This document shows positions 10,218 to 22,858 of a DNA stretch of 64,000 nucleotides, in pieces. The DNA is from Cladosporium halotolerans. Its lineage: Eukaryota. Position 1 is the first letter of the stretch. Every line of letters begins with the position of its first letter. The translations under genes were made by a program, and so were the position numbers. Below the pieces are notes generated by a model, which ran no database searches, was not told the DNA's origin, and saw only the letters and a list, made by a program, of their open reading frames with translations. Location: the NCBI RefSeq assembly GCF_011745625.1, contig NW_027191452.1, positions 1,240,001 through 1,304,000 of the forward strand, written 5' to 3'.

Positions 10218-12921
10218 GGTAGTTGTGTATCTGGCGACACTACGCGATTCGCTACGGTTCAATGCGCGGAGGCAGCTTTGGTGGATAGGCTTTCTGGAGT
10301 ACTATGGAGGTCGAAGCGAAGGCGGCATCTGTCCTGTCTTCTGACGGCTGCTTTCGACGGACGCAGACATCTTTTTGTAAGCGCTCCCTTCCGGCCGTCC
10401 GCGTACTTACCGTAGGGAATAAGGCGAGTAGGGAATAAATCTGGCGTTGGATGTGTTGTCCGTCACGCGCTGTGCGCGCTGCTGCTTCTGAGCTGCGAAC
10501 CAGCGCCCAATGGAGTGATCACAGCTCGCGATGCGTGTAGAAGTGACGAGAATCGATCGGGCGGGCGTCTATATGTCGGTGATGTCGCCCAATCGGCGCC
10601 GAGGGCAGTGGAGCTCCAGAGCAAAGCTGTCCAGCAAGCGCCACACCCGCTCGCCCTCACGTGGACTGCTCCTTTACACCTAGCTCCATGTGTGAATCGG
10701 GGCTTGTGGGTCTGCGCTCACTACCTACTCTACTGCTCGTGGTGGGCGCCCAGTCGAGGCCTAGAGAGCATGTTGTGATCGACACGCACTTCACTTGATA
10801 CCTATGCTCAAAACGGCGTATTGGCAATGAGTCGAGGGCAGCAGACGGAACCCGGTGCGATGCGCTGGCGAACCGGATTCGCTTGATCGTCTGCAAGTTC
10901 TCCTTGTGGCATGGCTTGCGTTCAGTTTTGCTAGGCTCGTGATAAACGCGTCTAGTTCTGTTCATTTACCATGATGTCGGTGTCAACTCCGGACAAGCGG
11001 CCGAGGTGGGCCGGCACCAGGCACAGTAGCGGCGGTAGCTTCAGTTCGCGCTCATGGTGTGTTTACTGTCGCGATTACGTTCGCGATCGCTGCCATCCGT
11101 CCGGATTCACGGATCGTGGGCCGTGTGGAAGTCTGCCGCTTCACTGTCACACCATGTCTTTGCGTTGTTCTGCCAGCTTGACGGACGATGTGAACACCCT
11201 CGTGACTTCCACCTGACGCGTGCGCCCTTCCACGATGGCCGGCGCCGCGCTGTCTTTTCAATATGGAAGTTCACGTGACAGTGGCACGGATGATCCCATG
11301 GATGTCACGGCCCGGGTGTGTGTGTGTAAACGCTACACCTTGAGCGGCGTGGGCAGCGGCTCGCGACGACAGGGAAGATCGCGTCGACTTACCTGGTCAC
11401 CGCGGCCGACCCTGCGAACCACGCGAGACGCCATGGCCACGAAGCCCTCGTTCCTGTCAAGCTCCAGTGGGATGCGAGCGGATGTGGCACTAGCGGGAGT
11501 TGGAGTTCCTCCCTGACCAGGGCTCGCAGATCGGTGCACTTGTCAGAGTGCTCGTCTTCGGCCGTCTTCATGACTGCGTGTCTTCCATGCGCACGCCTAC
11601 ATACGCATGCCACAGTTGCCGGGCGATCCTGACAACGCGCAGCACCGCGCCGCTGTGCAACGGTCCGATATGGCAGGAGTTGCGGTCAACGAGCAGTGCT
11701 TTACCCGCAAGCAGCAGACCGCCTCCTGAACCATTTCGCCTGGCTGGTCACCCACCGGCCACCGCATGCTCTTTTGACAGCTGGACACAGACGCGCGCGA
11801 CACGTTTTTTGCAGGCGTCAGGGTCCGGGGTGGCAGGATGCGCTGCCAGGGCCTGCCCCACCTCTTCCGGGGCCTGCATCCTTGATTAGAGCACCGAAGT
11901 TTGCATGTCGGCCATCATGGCAATGCGCGCCCTGCGACTGGCGCAGACGATAGCCTCGACTTGCCACGCCGTGTGCTCTCGCGCACTAGACTCATGTGAT
12001 GCTCGCATTTCCCTCGGAGCCGCAGTGCTTGGCCTAGCCCTCCAGCACGGATGGATAACGGCCTTCGCCTTGCATGCTTTCCTCCGTCTGCAGAGTGGGC
12101 TGCCACGCCGTCGAGTGCCGACGTACGTTGCTGGGATATGCCGCGATTGGCTGGTCGGCTACCGCCTAAGGGCCTCCCACGGCCGTAGCCCGCAGGCAGG
12201 ACGGCGAATAGGCGCTGTACTGTACGGCTCGCCGTGAGCTCGACGTTTCACTTCCAGCGCACGGCGATGGCTGCACGGACGGCAAACGTCACGCCGTAAT
12301 CAGCGGCCCTCGAATCAGTGGAGGATCTGCGCATACCACAGCCTTACCGCACCCCACTGCATATTTGCCCTCCAAGAGCACGCGACGTCGACCCCTAACG
12401 GTCGCTAACCCCAGCGGCCCATCATCGTCAGTAGTCACCCGGGAGCAAACACGTCCCGCATCGGAAGCGGATCCCCGGCGTCAGGCATGTAGTGTTATAT
12501 TGCACCGGCTCCACTGGCATCAGGCCCAGTCTTGGTGGTCTTGCACGGTATCGGCGCTCGCTTGCTCACTTGCCGGTCCGGCATGTGTCCAGGAGAGCCT
12601 GCTCCCTTGCGTGCCCCTGCTTGTACTCTATCGTGCTGCCCTCTAACGCAAGAATGAGAGCAGCGTAGCCGCTGAGCGCGAACACAGCAGCAGCTCACAT
12701 TCAACGTCCCGTTGTACAGCAGTGCCCTACGCGGCCGTGAGGGAGCCCAAGCAAGAGCTCATATAAACCCTCCGTGGTAGTCTACTGACTACTATCCTCC
12801 CTCCCATCGTATCCGCTCAGACTCCAACCGGCACCACCACACCACTATCAAACTGGCTAAGCCTCGCCTACATCAGCAACCTCGAGTCTGTCTCCGGAAT
12901 TTTCTCCAACCGCCTCACACA

Positions 12922-13153
12922 ATGGTTCGATCACAATCATGGAATTCACGTATTAACATCGCTAACTCGCTCTAAGGTTAACGAAGTCATCCCGGAGCCC
13001 GTTGTTCACTGCACAATGGTTGTGCACAAATACACTTGTGGCCATACGAAAACAGAGATTGCAGCATGTGCTGTCTCCAAGAGAACCAAATGTGGCGTTA
13101 TGACTCCTCGGAGTGTCTCTCACGCCAGTCTTTGCCTTTCATGTGGTGGTTAA
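12922..13153 (+). CDS. 59-aa Cys/His-rich microprotein, putative zinc-binding
   Basis: TATAAA at 12762, then CACAATG with an ATG-only first coding exon, intron 12925-12976 (GT..GCTAAC..AAG) and exon 12977-13153. Product MVNEVIPEPVVHCTMVVHKYTCGHTKTEIAACAVSKRTKCGVMTPRSVSHASLCLSCGG. Confidence 0.75.
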
Positions 13154-13986
13154 ACGGTATGCTTGAATTGAGTTCGGAGTCTAGTTAATACCTACTGATC
13201 ATGGCGATTAGGCTCGAGCGTTACCTGTACTCTACGCGACTAAAACGTTCTTTTTCTTTGGCAACGGGGTTTCATTCGACGTTTTTTCCCTCTGTCTGTT
13301 CGAACAGATTCATCGAGCTCGGTGTTGCGGCGCTACGCGAGAGCCCGGAGAAAAGGGGGGGTCGTCTCACGACACTGGGTGTGGAAGACGTCCAGTCCAA
13401 GCCTCTGGGTGGCCTGTTGAATGACAGAACGTAAGGGATTTGCTTCAACGCACACGTTTTGGGACGCATCTCATATAACCCTGGTCTGCAATCGGCAGCA
13501 TCGTAATAAATTTCACTTCGACCGCGCATGTCTCAGGAATGTGTCGTTACGGCTGGACCTTGCTTGTGCGACCAGGGGTCTGACAGCTCGCCACATCGGC
13601 GTGGCAGCCTGCATTTTGACAGCGGATGCGCGCATTGTAATACGTTTCACGGCAGGGGGGCGCGGATGAAACACATTGCATTGTCTAAGTGTGACAGCTT
13701 GGCCTGATGGAAGACGCACAATGACCGGGAAGACGCGCGGAAGGATAGAAGCCATGGTCGAAGGTTTGACATGGGAGTCTGGCGTAAAATTGACAGTGAT
13801 GTACTCATCGCAAGGATAAGAGAATGTTGTTTATGTTGTTGACTGCAAAGAGTAAGGTTCGCTCGTCAGGCTCTCAACCCTCGCTCCTAGTGCCAAGCCC
13901 AGCCAGCGTCAGCTCCCTGCACGCCTGCATTTATCGAATAGACGTGTACTCGTATCCCTGCGCCCAATTCCAATACATCACCTCCC

Positions 13987-15198
13987 ATGTCGGTCGATAT
14001 TAATTGGGATACCTTGACCTCTGGCCCCGATGGCGAGGCACTGGCAGAGAAGATTCGGGACTTCGTGCACGAGCGCTTCCAAAACATCAACCTCCCCAAA
14101 TTGATTCGGTCGGTCAAAGTACACGGCTTCGACTTTGGCAAGACGGCGCCGGAAATCGTACTGAAAGACATTTGCGAGCCGCTGCCTGATTTCTACGACA
14201 ATGATGCCGATGAAAGCGACGACGGCGCGGACGATGCTGCAAACACGCAGTCTGCGAAACTGGCGGAAGATAGGCCTGCTGACCGACTGCAGGCTGCCAG
14301 GGAGCGAATGATGCGAGCGGATGCACACAGTCGCCGGACTTCTGATTTATCCGCCCTAGAACACGCGTCAAATCCCCAGCTATCCCGCGGCACGACTCCA
14401 GGCTTTCTCCACCACGGCACGTCGAACCTTGGTTATTTCAATCTCCCGGGAGGCGGGCTGTCCGGCACGAATACGCCGCTCGCAGCTGTGGCAGGCGCAC
14501 ATTTTGGACAAGGCAGTCAGCAGCCTGTGCCGGAGACTCCTCATCAGACAGCGGACTCCTTCAGCTCTATCTCACCGCCACCTTCAGTAACTCCGCCTTC
14601 ACGACCAATTTCGCGCGACGACGTCTCTTTCGAACACCACTCAAGCTCCGCGCTCCTCGACGACGACGATGAGGGCGCCGAAACTCAGACCTTCACCCCG
14701 GAGCCGGAACGCAGCCCCGAAGACATGCAGGTCGTCTTCCACGTGACCTACTCCGGCGACGTGAAATTGGCTATGACCGCTGAGGTCTTCCTGGACTACC
14801 CCATGCCCAGCTTCGTCGGCATCCCGCTGAAGCTCAACATCACGGGTCTCACGTTCGACGGCGTCGGAATCCTAGCCTACATCAAGAGGAAGGCGCACGT
14901 CTGCTTCCTGGCTCCCGAGGACGCCGAGGCGCTCGTCGCCACGGGCACGGATCTCGGCTCGCCAGAGGAGCACCCAGGCGAGACGAAGATCCCGGACCCG
15001 CGAGGCGCGCCGCCCAAGGACCACAAGGTCGGCGGGCTCATCGAGGACATCCGGATCGAGAGCGAGATGGGTGGCGCGGAGAGCGGGCGGCAGGTGCTGA
15101 AGAACGTGGACAAGATCGAGAAGTTCATCCTCGAGCAGGTCCAGCGCATCTTCGACGACGAGTTTGTCTATCCGAGCTTCTGGACCTTCCTCGTCTGA
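13987..15198 (+). CDS. MDM12: ERMES complex subunit Mdm12 (SMP domain)
   Basis: MSVDINWDTLTSGPDG..LAEKIRDF, LDYPMPSFVGIPLKLNITGLTFDG, VLKNVDKIEKF and FVYPSFWTFLV are characteristic of Mdm12. Confidence 0.95.
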   Translation: MSVDINWDTLTSGPDGEALAEKIRDFVHERFQNINLPKLIRSVKVHGFDFGKTAPEIVLKDICEPLPDFYDNDADESDDGADDAANTQSAKLAEDRPADRLQAARERMMRADAHSRRTSDLSALEHASNPQLSRGTTPGFLHHGTSNLGYFNLPGGGLSGTNTPLAAVAGAHFGQGSQQPVPETPHQTADSFSSISPPPSVTPPSRPISRDDVSFEHHSSSALLDDDDEGAETQTFTPEPERSPEDMQVVFHVTYSGDVKLAMTAEVFLDYPMPSFVGIPLKLNITGLTFDGVGILAYIKRKAHVCFLAPEDAEALVATGTDLGSPEEHPGETKIPDPRGAPPKDHKVGGLIEDIRIESEMGGAESGRQVLKNVDKIEKFILEQVQRIFDDEFVYPSFWTFLV

Positions 15199-16116
15199 TC
15201 TCATCCATCACCTCCAGTCCTACCAAACACGACCCAGCCCAAACACATCAATCGCAAAGCCCGCACATCCACCACCAACCCCTCCCATCGGCTCCTCCCC
15301 GACCGACCCCCAGCACACCACCGACGCCCACCAGCTTCCGTGACACAGACCCCTCCCCGCTCGCATAACGCAGCGCAAGGCAAGAAACCAAAACCAAGCA
15401 GCGGCTGCCCGCCGCAGGCAAAGCGCAACCTGCGCGCCCTCGCACGGAACGCAATCGCGGCGCGAACAAGACTCGCCGGCGCACGGCAGCTGTCAAAAGC
15501 GCGGCTGCCCGCGCGCGCCGTGCGACGCTGGACTGGGAGCGGGTTAGGGCAGGGCGCGGTCATCTGGCGACGCGGGCAGCCGCTGTCAGATGGCTGCTGT
15601 CTTCTGCCGGGATTCGGCGGGTCTTGTGCTCTGCTGCGGGCTGGGGGAGGGACTTCATGTGCGTGAAGTGCGCCATGAGTGGTGGTGCTATGCAGAGTGG
15701 TGGACATGGCTCACGGAGTCTTTTTCAAGTCAATCATGCATTCAAAAGAATGAGAGAGGGAACACTGAGTGCAGCGCTCTGAGCAGACACGAGATCGTGT
15801 TGGTAGAGACGGGATCCACCTTAGTTTTGTTTCGGGGTATATATTGGCCTCCGCAGCTCGAGCGAAAAAGCAAGCGAAGATGAACGACGATATGGACAAA
15901 GTTTTCGAAAATCCTCCCAGTCTCGCGATGCCGCTTCGAAAAAGAGACAGAAAACGCAAATAACCCACAACGCCTTCGCTAAATGTTGTCCGTTCCTTTT
16001 CCCAAGAATCATAATCGTGACATCCAGGCCCCCAGTCTGCCCATGTCCTCCTCAAACGAGGTTGCTGTGCTGTCGCTCCTTCTGCCGCTTTGAAGACCGC
16101 CTGCCGAGTCTCATGG

Positions 16117-17953
16117 TCATCGCCCACCTACGCCAGGGAAAATGGTCGAAACGACCTTCCGCCACCTCGGCGTGCGCGCCGCTTCTTCGGCGTCCGGGTC
16201 GGCAGGCGCGGCTCTTCGGCCCAGCATTGCGACCGCTCTCTGCCGCGCCCATTCCCGTCGTCGCGTAGTGTCGGCTGGCGGGTTTACATTGGGTCCGCCG
16301 GCGGTAGTGGCTGAGCGACGCGGCGTGGATGAGAGGTCGGCCATTTGCTGGCTGCTGCCAGCTGCGGTCGAGGGAGCAGGAGCAGACGTGATGCGGCGGG
16401 CGATGCGCTGACCGAGCGAGCTGGGAGGGTGGGATGGCTGTGGGCGAGGGATCGTGTCCATGTCCAGGGGGTCTGCGCCGGCCTCGGTGATTGGATGGAG
16501 GGTTTGGTCGCCTCCGTTCCGCTCGCGGTTGCGCCGCATGATCCTCTCGCGGCGCACCATGGCATTTGTCACGTTCTTGGGGCAGTAGCCTGCTGGGAGG
16601 CATGTTTTCTTGCAGATCGGACACAGGCTGGAGTTATCGCGGAGGAAGGTGTCGACACATTCAGGGTGGAAGATGTGACGGCATGGGAGTTCTCGGACGG
16701 TAGTGCCAGCTTCTGAGGCGGAAGGTGCATCGAAATCGTCCAGACAGATCGGGCAAGTTGGCTGATCCAGTGCGGTAGGTCGGTAAGAGCTCATGCGGGC
16801 GGGCGTTGGTTGGATGTCCGGCGATGGAGAAGATGAGCGACTGTTCGGCGTGTTGGACGATCCAAACTTTTCTGCGTCCACTACTGGCGACTCCTGAGGC
16901 CGCGAAGTTCCGTAAACGTACAGCGGCATCTGATTCAGCAATTCTTGAGGCACGGTAAGGCGCTTTATGCCCAGAGCCTCGAGATCGACTTCGCCGTTGA
17001 CAACACGCTGTCGCAGCTGCAGCCTTCTGCGCCGCTGAATCCAGTGCATCAAGATCGAAGTAGAGCCAATGATCACGAGCAAGATCGCCAAGACGACCAA
17101 AAGAAACACCCATAGGCTCGGCAATCGACTTCCAGAGCCTGTGCAATCTCGTTAGCACAACGTCTACGCCGCGAATGGATTGTGGCGGCGAACTTGTCCC
17201 GGAGGTGCCTGAAGAGATATTCCACTTACCAGTGTCAACATCAACAACCAGGCGCAGCGAATCGCCCACTCGGTAGGTCTCGAGTAGTTCTTGTGCATGC
17301 GGCACAGTGGAGATGTTACCGCCGTACTGAGCCGTAGCATTGATGAGTGTGTACCCCGTCACTCCATCCAGCGCATAGACCGGATATAGGTTTGCGCTCT
17401 TCCAATTGCCGCCATCTCCCAGGCTCCATTCAACCTCATTCGCAGGTGGTGGCTCGGCGGAGCTGTTGTCCGGTTTGAAGAACAGAAATCCTTGCGTATT
17501 GGCATTGCGGGCTGCGGTCAAATAGGCCAACGTGCAGTCGGGTCTCAGCCATGGCGCGATTGCTACCAAGGCATACTCGGTATCCGGCAGGTCTACTCGC
17601 CTGACAGCATTCTCTGGGACGTATGGGCGAGTGAGATTGAAGCATTGGTCGTCTGGGTCTAGCTCCGGGGTGTAGAGGAGCCCGGTAATATCGGCGCCTC
17701 CGCTTGCGCCGTTGGTGCTCAAGGTCCTGATGTTTCCCGAAGATTCAAAGGTGTACGACAAGGCAGGATCGACATGGTAGTAATGGTTGGCTTCGGTTAC
17801 GTTGGCAGGATCAGGGAAGGCGAGGGTAGCGACGCGGAGAGACTGGGCGCCTGGACATTGAAGTCAGCAAGAGATCGCTGAGGTACGCGCGATACCGTGC
17901 AAGCCTGAACGGGCCCGGCTTGCTCGCGAAAGAGAAAACAGAAACATACTCAT
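16117..17953 (-). CDS. Single-pass membrane RING-H2 E3 ubiquitin ligase with a PA-like luminal domain
   Basis: Exons 17953-17950 (ATGA), 17850-17230 and 17138-16117. Luminal GLLYTP..ALVAIAPW..C region, TM segment LWVFLLVVLAILLVII and RING-H2 CPICLDDF..LPCRHIFHPECVDTFL..CPICK. Confidence 0.88.
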
Positions 17954-18795
17954 GGCCGGGCTTCAGCTGGCGAATGCAGCGATCGCGGGCGTGGAGAGGA
18001 CGGCGCCGGATGACGGTGGATTGCGCCGAAGAGCGGCTCAGCTCGCAGTCAGTCGCGACGCGGACATTAGACGTCGAGCTATGCGTGACGGCGGCAGGAG
18101 GTCGCAGGCGAGAGAGGAGTGAGGCCGAGGCTGCGGGAGTAGGAGGATGGCGAGGATGGCCACCCACCCTCCGGGCGGCGTGGGCGGCAGGGAGGGCAGC
18201 GCATGGCAGGGCGTGGCGTGGAGAGCTTATCCAGCCACCGCCGTGTCCAGGCGCCACCCCCGGCACCGGGCGGCGCGGAGCATGGGCATATCAATCAATA
18301 ATGTCGCGGTGGCCGCGAGTCTGCCGCACGCGTACGTGTGCATTTGACGCGGCGATCAATCAATACGAACGTCTTGATTAATCCCCCTGTGCGCGTGCAA
18401 CCCCAACCGCTCCAGGTGCAGTGGAGAGCGGCGGCTAATCAGCCCTACGTCAGGCGCATCGCAGCGGGCGAGCCAACGATCGGCTTGCGGGGTGTCAGCC
18501 ATGGCGTGGCCGTGCGTGGCCCGTGATGCGTGAAAGGGCACGGCCGAAGTCGTCGTGTGAATGCGCGACATCAGTTGCATGTCTGCAACGAGCCGACCAT
18601 AGCCTACGCCATCAACGCAACTGGTAATCTCGCGACACAAGAATCGCTCGCTACAGCTCCTCAATCCGACCACGTATCCGCCGTTTCACGAGTGCGAACG
18701 CGCCTGCGATCGCGCCCGGCGATGCTGCCTCAATAAATTGCGACCACCACGATCCTCCCACCGTTTGCGCAGCAAGAGCCCTGGATCTGTCGAAA

Positions 18796-21073
18796 ATGGC
18801 GCCAGCATCCAAGAAGGGCACCGGCAAGGCCAGCGCGCGCGACCGCAGGTCCTCCAGCAGACACACCACCCCCATATCCACCTTGACCGACACGACGCCC
18901 GGCACTCCCGTGGCCGCAACTCCCTCGAATCCCACGGCGGCCCTTCCTAGAGAAACCCCGTACCTCCACACATCCACAGCGAATCTCATATCCAGCGATC
19001 TGGATTTGAAGTATTTCATCGAAAAGTCGCATCCTCCATCTCTCAAGCCACACGACCCTCCAACTGCTCGAGAGCTCCACACACTCCACGACAAAATCCG
19101 GGATAATGTGCTAAAGTCGCTGGAGAAACGAGGTGAGACTTGCGAGCGGAATTTGAGGGTTGTCGTGCAAAAGCGCAAGGAAAGCTCACAGGCGGAGCGC
19201 GAACGCGAGGCCGCCGAGCAGCATGCTGCAGACCGCATAAAGAAGGAGCGAGATGACGGTGGAGGGAAATCAAAGAAGGCTGGACAGAAGAGAAGTCATG
19301 CCGAGGCCGAGGGTGCAGAGGAAAAGAGGCAGAGCGTGCCTAGCGTAGGAGAACACATGGTCGCGAGGCAGGATGGGGTTGGTGTCCACGAAGGTAAGTC
19401 AAAAATACGTTTCCGCGCTTCTTGAGGCAGTGTCGGTCGAGATGAACCCCTGCCGTTCATGTTTACTTGAACGAGTTCTGAGCCATCGTGCTTGCTGCTG
19501 CCTTCATTCGTGCCCAGTGGCTTTTGCCTGCATCCTGTCATCCAGGTCTGCTTCGCACTGCTTTCTAGTCATCGATTTCCCAGTAGCTTCATTTTGTCTA
19601 CTAGCATTCGCACGATCGGTTACAATGGAAACCAGATCAAAGCGGAGGATAAATCCGGGCATCAAGCTAACGAAAACTCCTACATCAGGTGCCGCACCGC
19701 CTCCCTCGCCTCCCATAGAACCTGGAGGAATGCCCACCGAGCTCATGGATACCGCTCCCTCACCATCAGACTCCAGTGATTCACGAGACGAGCAACAACC
19801 TGCGATGCCCCTCTACAAACGAGCATTCGGCGACGATCCTATGGCTGTCGACGACCCAACAGTATATGACATCCGTCCCATAATCGAAGGAATGACGGAA
19901 GACGAATTACGAGATATCTACAGTGTCGCAAAGTGGCCCGAGTCTGATCTACACGATCTTACAGCTGGCGACCCCCCTGACATGGACTTTTCGAATGCGA
20001 AACCGGCGAACCAAGTCAGCTATTCCACGTTTCAGACATATCTTGAGCCTTTCATACGGCCTCTGACGGAGGAAGATGTTGCCTTTCTGAAAGAACGTGG
20101 CGACAGGCTGACGCCTTACACCATCCCTCAGAGAGGGTCACGGACATATAAAGAAGTTTGGGCCGCAGAAGATGGGTTGACGGGCGCGGAGGCACCACGG
20201 AAAGAGGAAGCCGATCCGAATGTGGCGCGAGGTGGTATGGAGGACATGAACGATGAGGTTGCAGAAACCGACGAAGTATCAATGGGTCCCGTCATGAATC
20301 GCCTCCTCTCTATCCTTCGACCTCAGCCAAACGCATCCGCGAACAACCGCTCGACGGATGATAATACTCAGGACGCACAAGGCGATACAACAATGACGAA
20401 CGCTGACAACGCCGACTCACAACAAGCCGACACCCTACCCGGCGCTGCAGCCCCGGAAGAACACCGCCCCATCACCGCTCTCCCGTCAGACGCTCCCCGC
20501 CCAACAAACTTACCACCACCAGACTACGACAACTTCGAAGCCCGCGCCATCCAAGAACTGAAGTACATCGGCTTCCTCGCCCCCACCGACACGCCAGACT
20601 TCACCTCGCACCTCGACGACGAAGTCGCCGCCCGCTTGCGCACCCTCCAAGCCGAGCTGCGCACCGTCGCCGCCCGCAACAACGCCCGTAAGGCGCGCAT
20701 CCTCGAGCTGACGGAGGAGCGCATGGCCATGCAGGAGTACGCCAACATCGCCGACGACCTCGACAACCAGGTCAACGCCGCCTACCTCAAACGCAACCGC
20801 AGCCTGGCCAAGCCGTCCAACAAGAAGGGCTCCTCGCACCAGCGGCCGGGCCAAAAGGGCGTCGCGGGCGCGGCGAGCAGTAGGGGTGTCAGCGAGGGCG
20901 TCAAGGCGCTGATGCAGAAGAGGAAGGACTGGATTGAGATGGTCGGTCCGGTCGTTGGGTTTGGACGACCGGGCATTCCGGGCGATGAGGAGACGGTCTT
21001 TGACGATGAGTCTATGAAACGACTAGAGCGGGCGGAGAAGGAGGCTGAGGCGGGAGAAGGCGACGGGGAGTGA
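18796..21073 (+). CDS. NGG1: SAGA/ADA histone acetyltransferase module subunit Ngg1/Ada3
   Basis: Exons 18796-19393 and 19689-21073 (intron GTAAGT..GCTAAC..CAG). Motifs PPDMDFSNAKPANQV..TFQTYLEPFIRPLTEEDVAFLKERGD, ELKYIGFL and DDEVAARLRTLQAEL. Confidence 0.93.
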
Positions 21074-22169
21074 GGCAACGGTAGGAGCGGATTCTGACGA
21101 GTCACGTTGACGATCTCAGAAATCCATTCCCCTTGGTAGAAGTTGCCGATCTGGTCGCAGGCAACGTCGGGCTGGAGCAAGGGAGAACATGCTTCAAATA
21201 ATGTGCTGGTTATATCCCTGACTAGTCATACTTTATGCATCGCAGTTTCCGACGACGTGCCGCAGTCCACATCCCCTACTTCGCTTGCGTGGTCGCTTGC
21301 GGCATGGCTTCGAGTCAGGAGGATCGAAGCTTGTGAAACTGTTGGCGCTTCCGCTCTCGCAATGATGGAATTTGACTCTGATCGAGATCTGTGGATTCCT
21401 GTCCTGGCGGCGCGGGCGAGTACTAGAGCCGCTTTGCCGTCTAGCCAGCGCCCGCATGAAGCCCTAGCGCCCGCAAGCCGCGTCGGAGACGATGACCACG
21501 TCCGCGTCCGCCGACGCAACCAACCCCCGGTGCCTGCTCATCGGGCGCCCACCCTGAACGCTTGCGCCCGCCCGTGCCGCAAAATACCTACGCTTGGCCG
21601 TTCACGTGTTGCTCGGTGGTGGACGCACAGATGCTGCGCTGTTCTCATGGCCATGGCCATGAGCGCTTAGCCGCAGGATCTGCCTCCCAAGATCTATTGA
21701 AGCCGTGAAACCCGCACGGTGCATTGCACACTCTTCCTCAGTTCCAAACACACAGCACTTCCGCCGGCAGAGGAGTGTGATCAGTACTCTCGAGAATGGC
21801 AACGACCCGTCTCAATGTACGCGGAGGCCGATGGGCGCCGCAAAGTCTTGCCAGAGAAGCTCTGGAGTTGAGCGCCTCTCATCACCGATTTGTGCTGAAT
21901 CGGCGCGGTGGCTCCGGCGGCTTGCACGCCCCCAGACCTATGTTGGTACATCGCCGATTTGTGAAGGCCTCCGTCCTGCCAGCCTCACATACATATAAGT
22001 CAGCCATGCGCAGTTTCGTGTCTTACCGGTGCATCATTGTTCCTACGATGCATGCCATTGGACCGTGATCTGTCCTGCCACCACTCTACCTGAATCAGAC
22101 CGACAAGCCAAACATAAAGCCGCGCTTGAAGTTCACAAGAACATTGACACCCTGCACCTCGCTGCCAAC

Positions 22170-22490
22170 ATGGACCGCCAGACAACGCCGAAGAAGCCAT
22201 CGTCACCCGCAGAGTCGACGTCGTCTACGAGTCCCAATTCCCAGACAACCCCCGTGCGCCGCGTTGACAGCGACGGGTGCACCTACATCTGTCCCGCGCG
22301 GTCCAATGCTGCTGCCCTCGGCTTCGAAGACGGCGATGTCATTCGTCTCCCGCGGAGAAGGCGCAACTCGCTCGCCGCCAATGGCTCCTCGCCTTTCCCT
22401 CTCGGCAATTCGAACAGCACGTTCTTCAATGGACTGGAATGGCTGCTGGACGCCAGCAAGCCAGTCAAGCCCGCCTCCAAGCCCGCCTGA
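22170..22490 (+). CDS. Hypothetical protein (106 aa)
   Basis: AACATGG start context, TATAA at about 21994 and C-ending codon bias. No recognisable domain. Confidence 0.35.
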   Translation: MDRQTTPKKPSSPAESTSSTSPNSQTTPVRRVDSDGCTYICPARSNAAALGFEDGDVIRLPRRRRNSLAANGSSPFPLGNSNSTFFNGLEWLLDASKPVKPASKPA

Positions 22491-22858
22491 ATTCTTCGCA
22501 TGGTCTCTTACAACAAATCAACGAACTCTCCTCGAGTAATGGCGCAGGATTCTATGGAAGATCACCAAGCTGCACTCACTGGCCCTTTGCCCTCCACGTC
22601 TCGAGCGAGCGTGACCGCAAAATCATTGATTGGGTCGTTACTTCGCACCTCCTGCGAGCCAGACTGCACCAGCTATGGATGAAGGATCTGCCACGAGATC
22701 AATATGCTTGGTGAACGAAACTGTTCAGAGTGTTTCAGCAAACAGCGTCAGGCGGTCGCAAGCCCGTGCTCCTGTCGGACTTCTCGCCACAAAATGGTCT
22801 CCTGAAGGACACAACCCCATATACCCCATACAAGTTGTCCACCATTCCCTCCGCCAGT

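Noticed and set aside
15201..15707. 168-aa minus-strand ORF after MDM12
   Set aside because: Arg/Ala/Gly-rich, with overlapping ORFs on both strands and no motif. I cannot support it as a gene.
19373..19688. ORF-track N-terminus of the 566-aa NGG1 ORF
   Set aside because: It is read-through of the intron, which has canonical donor, branch and acceptor sites.
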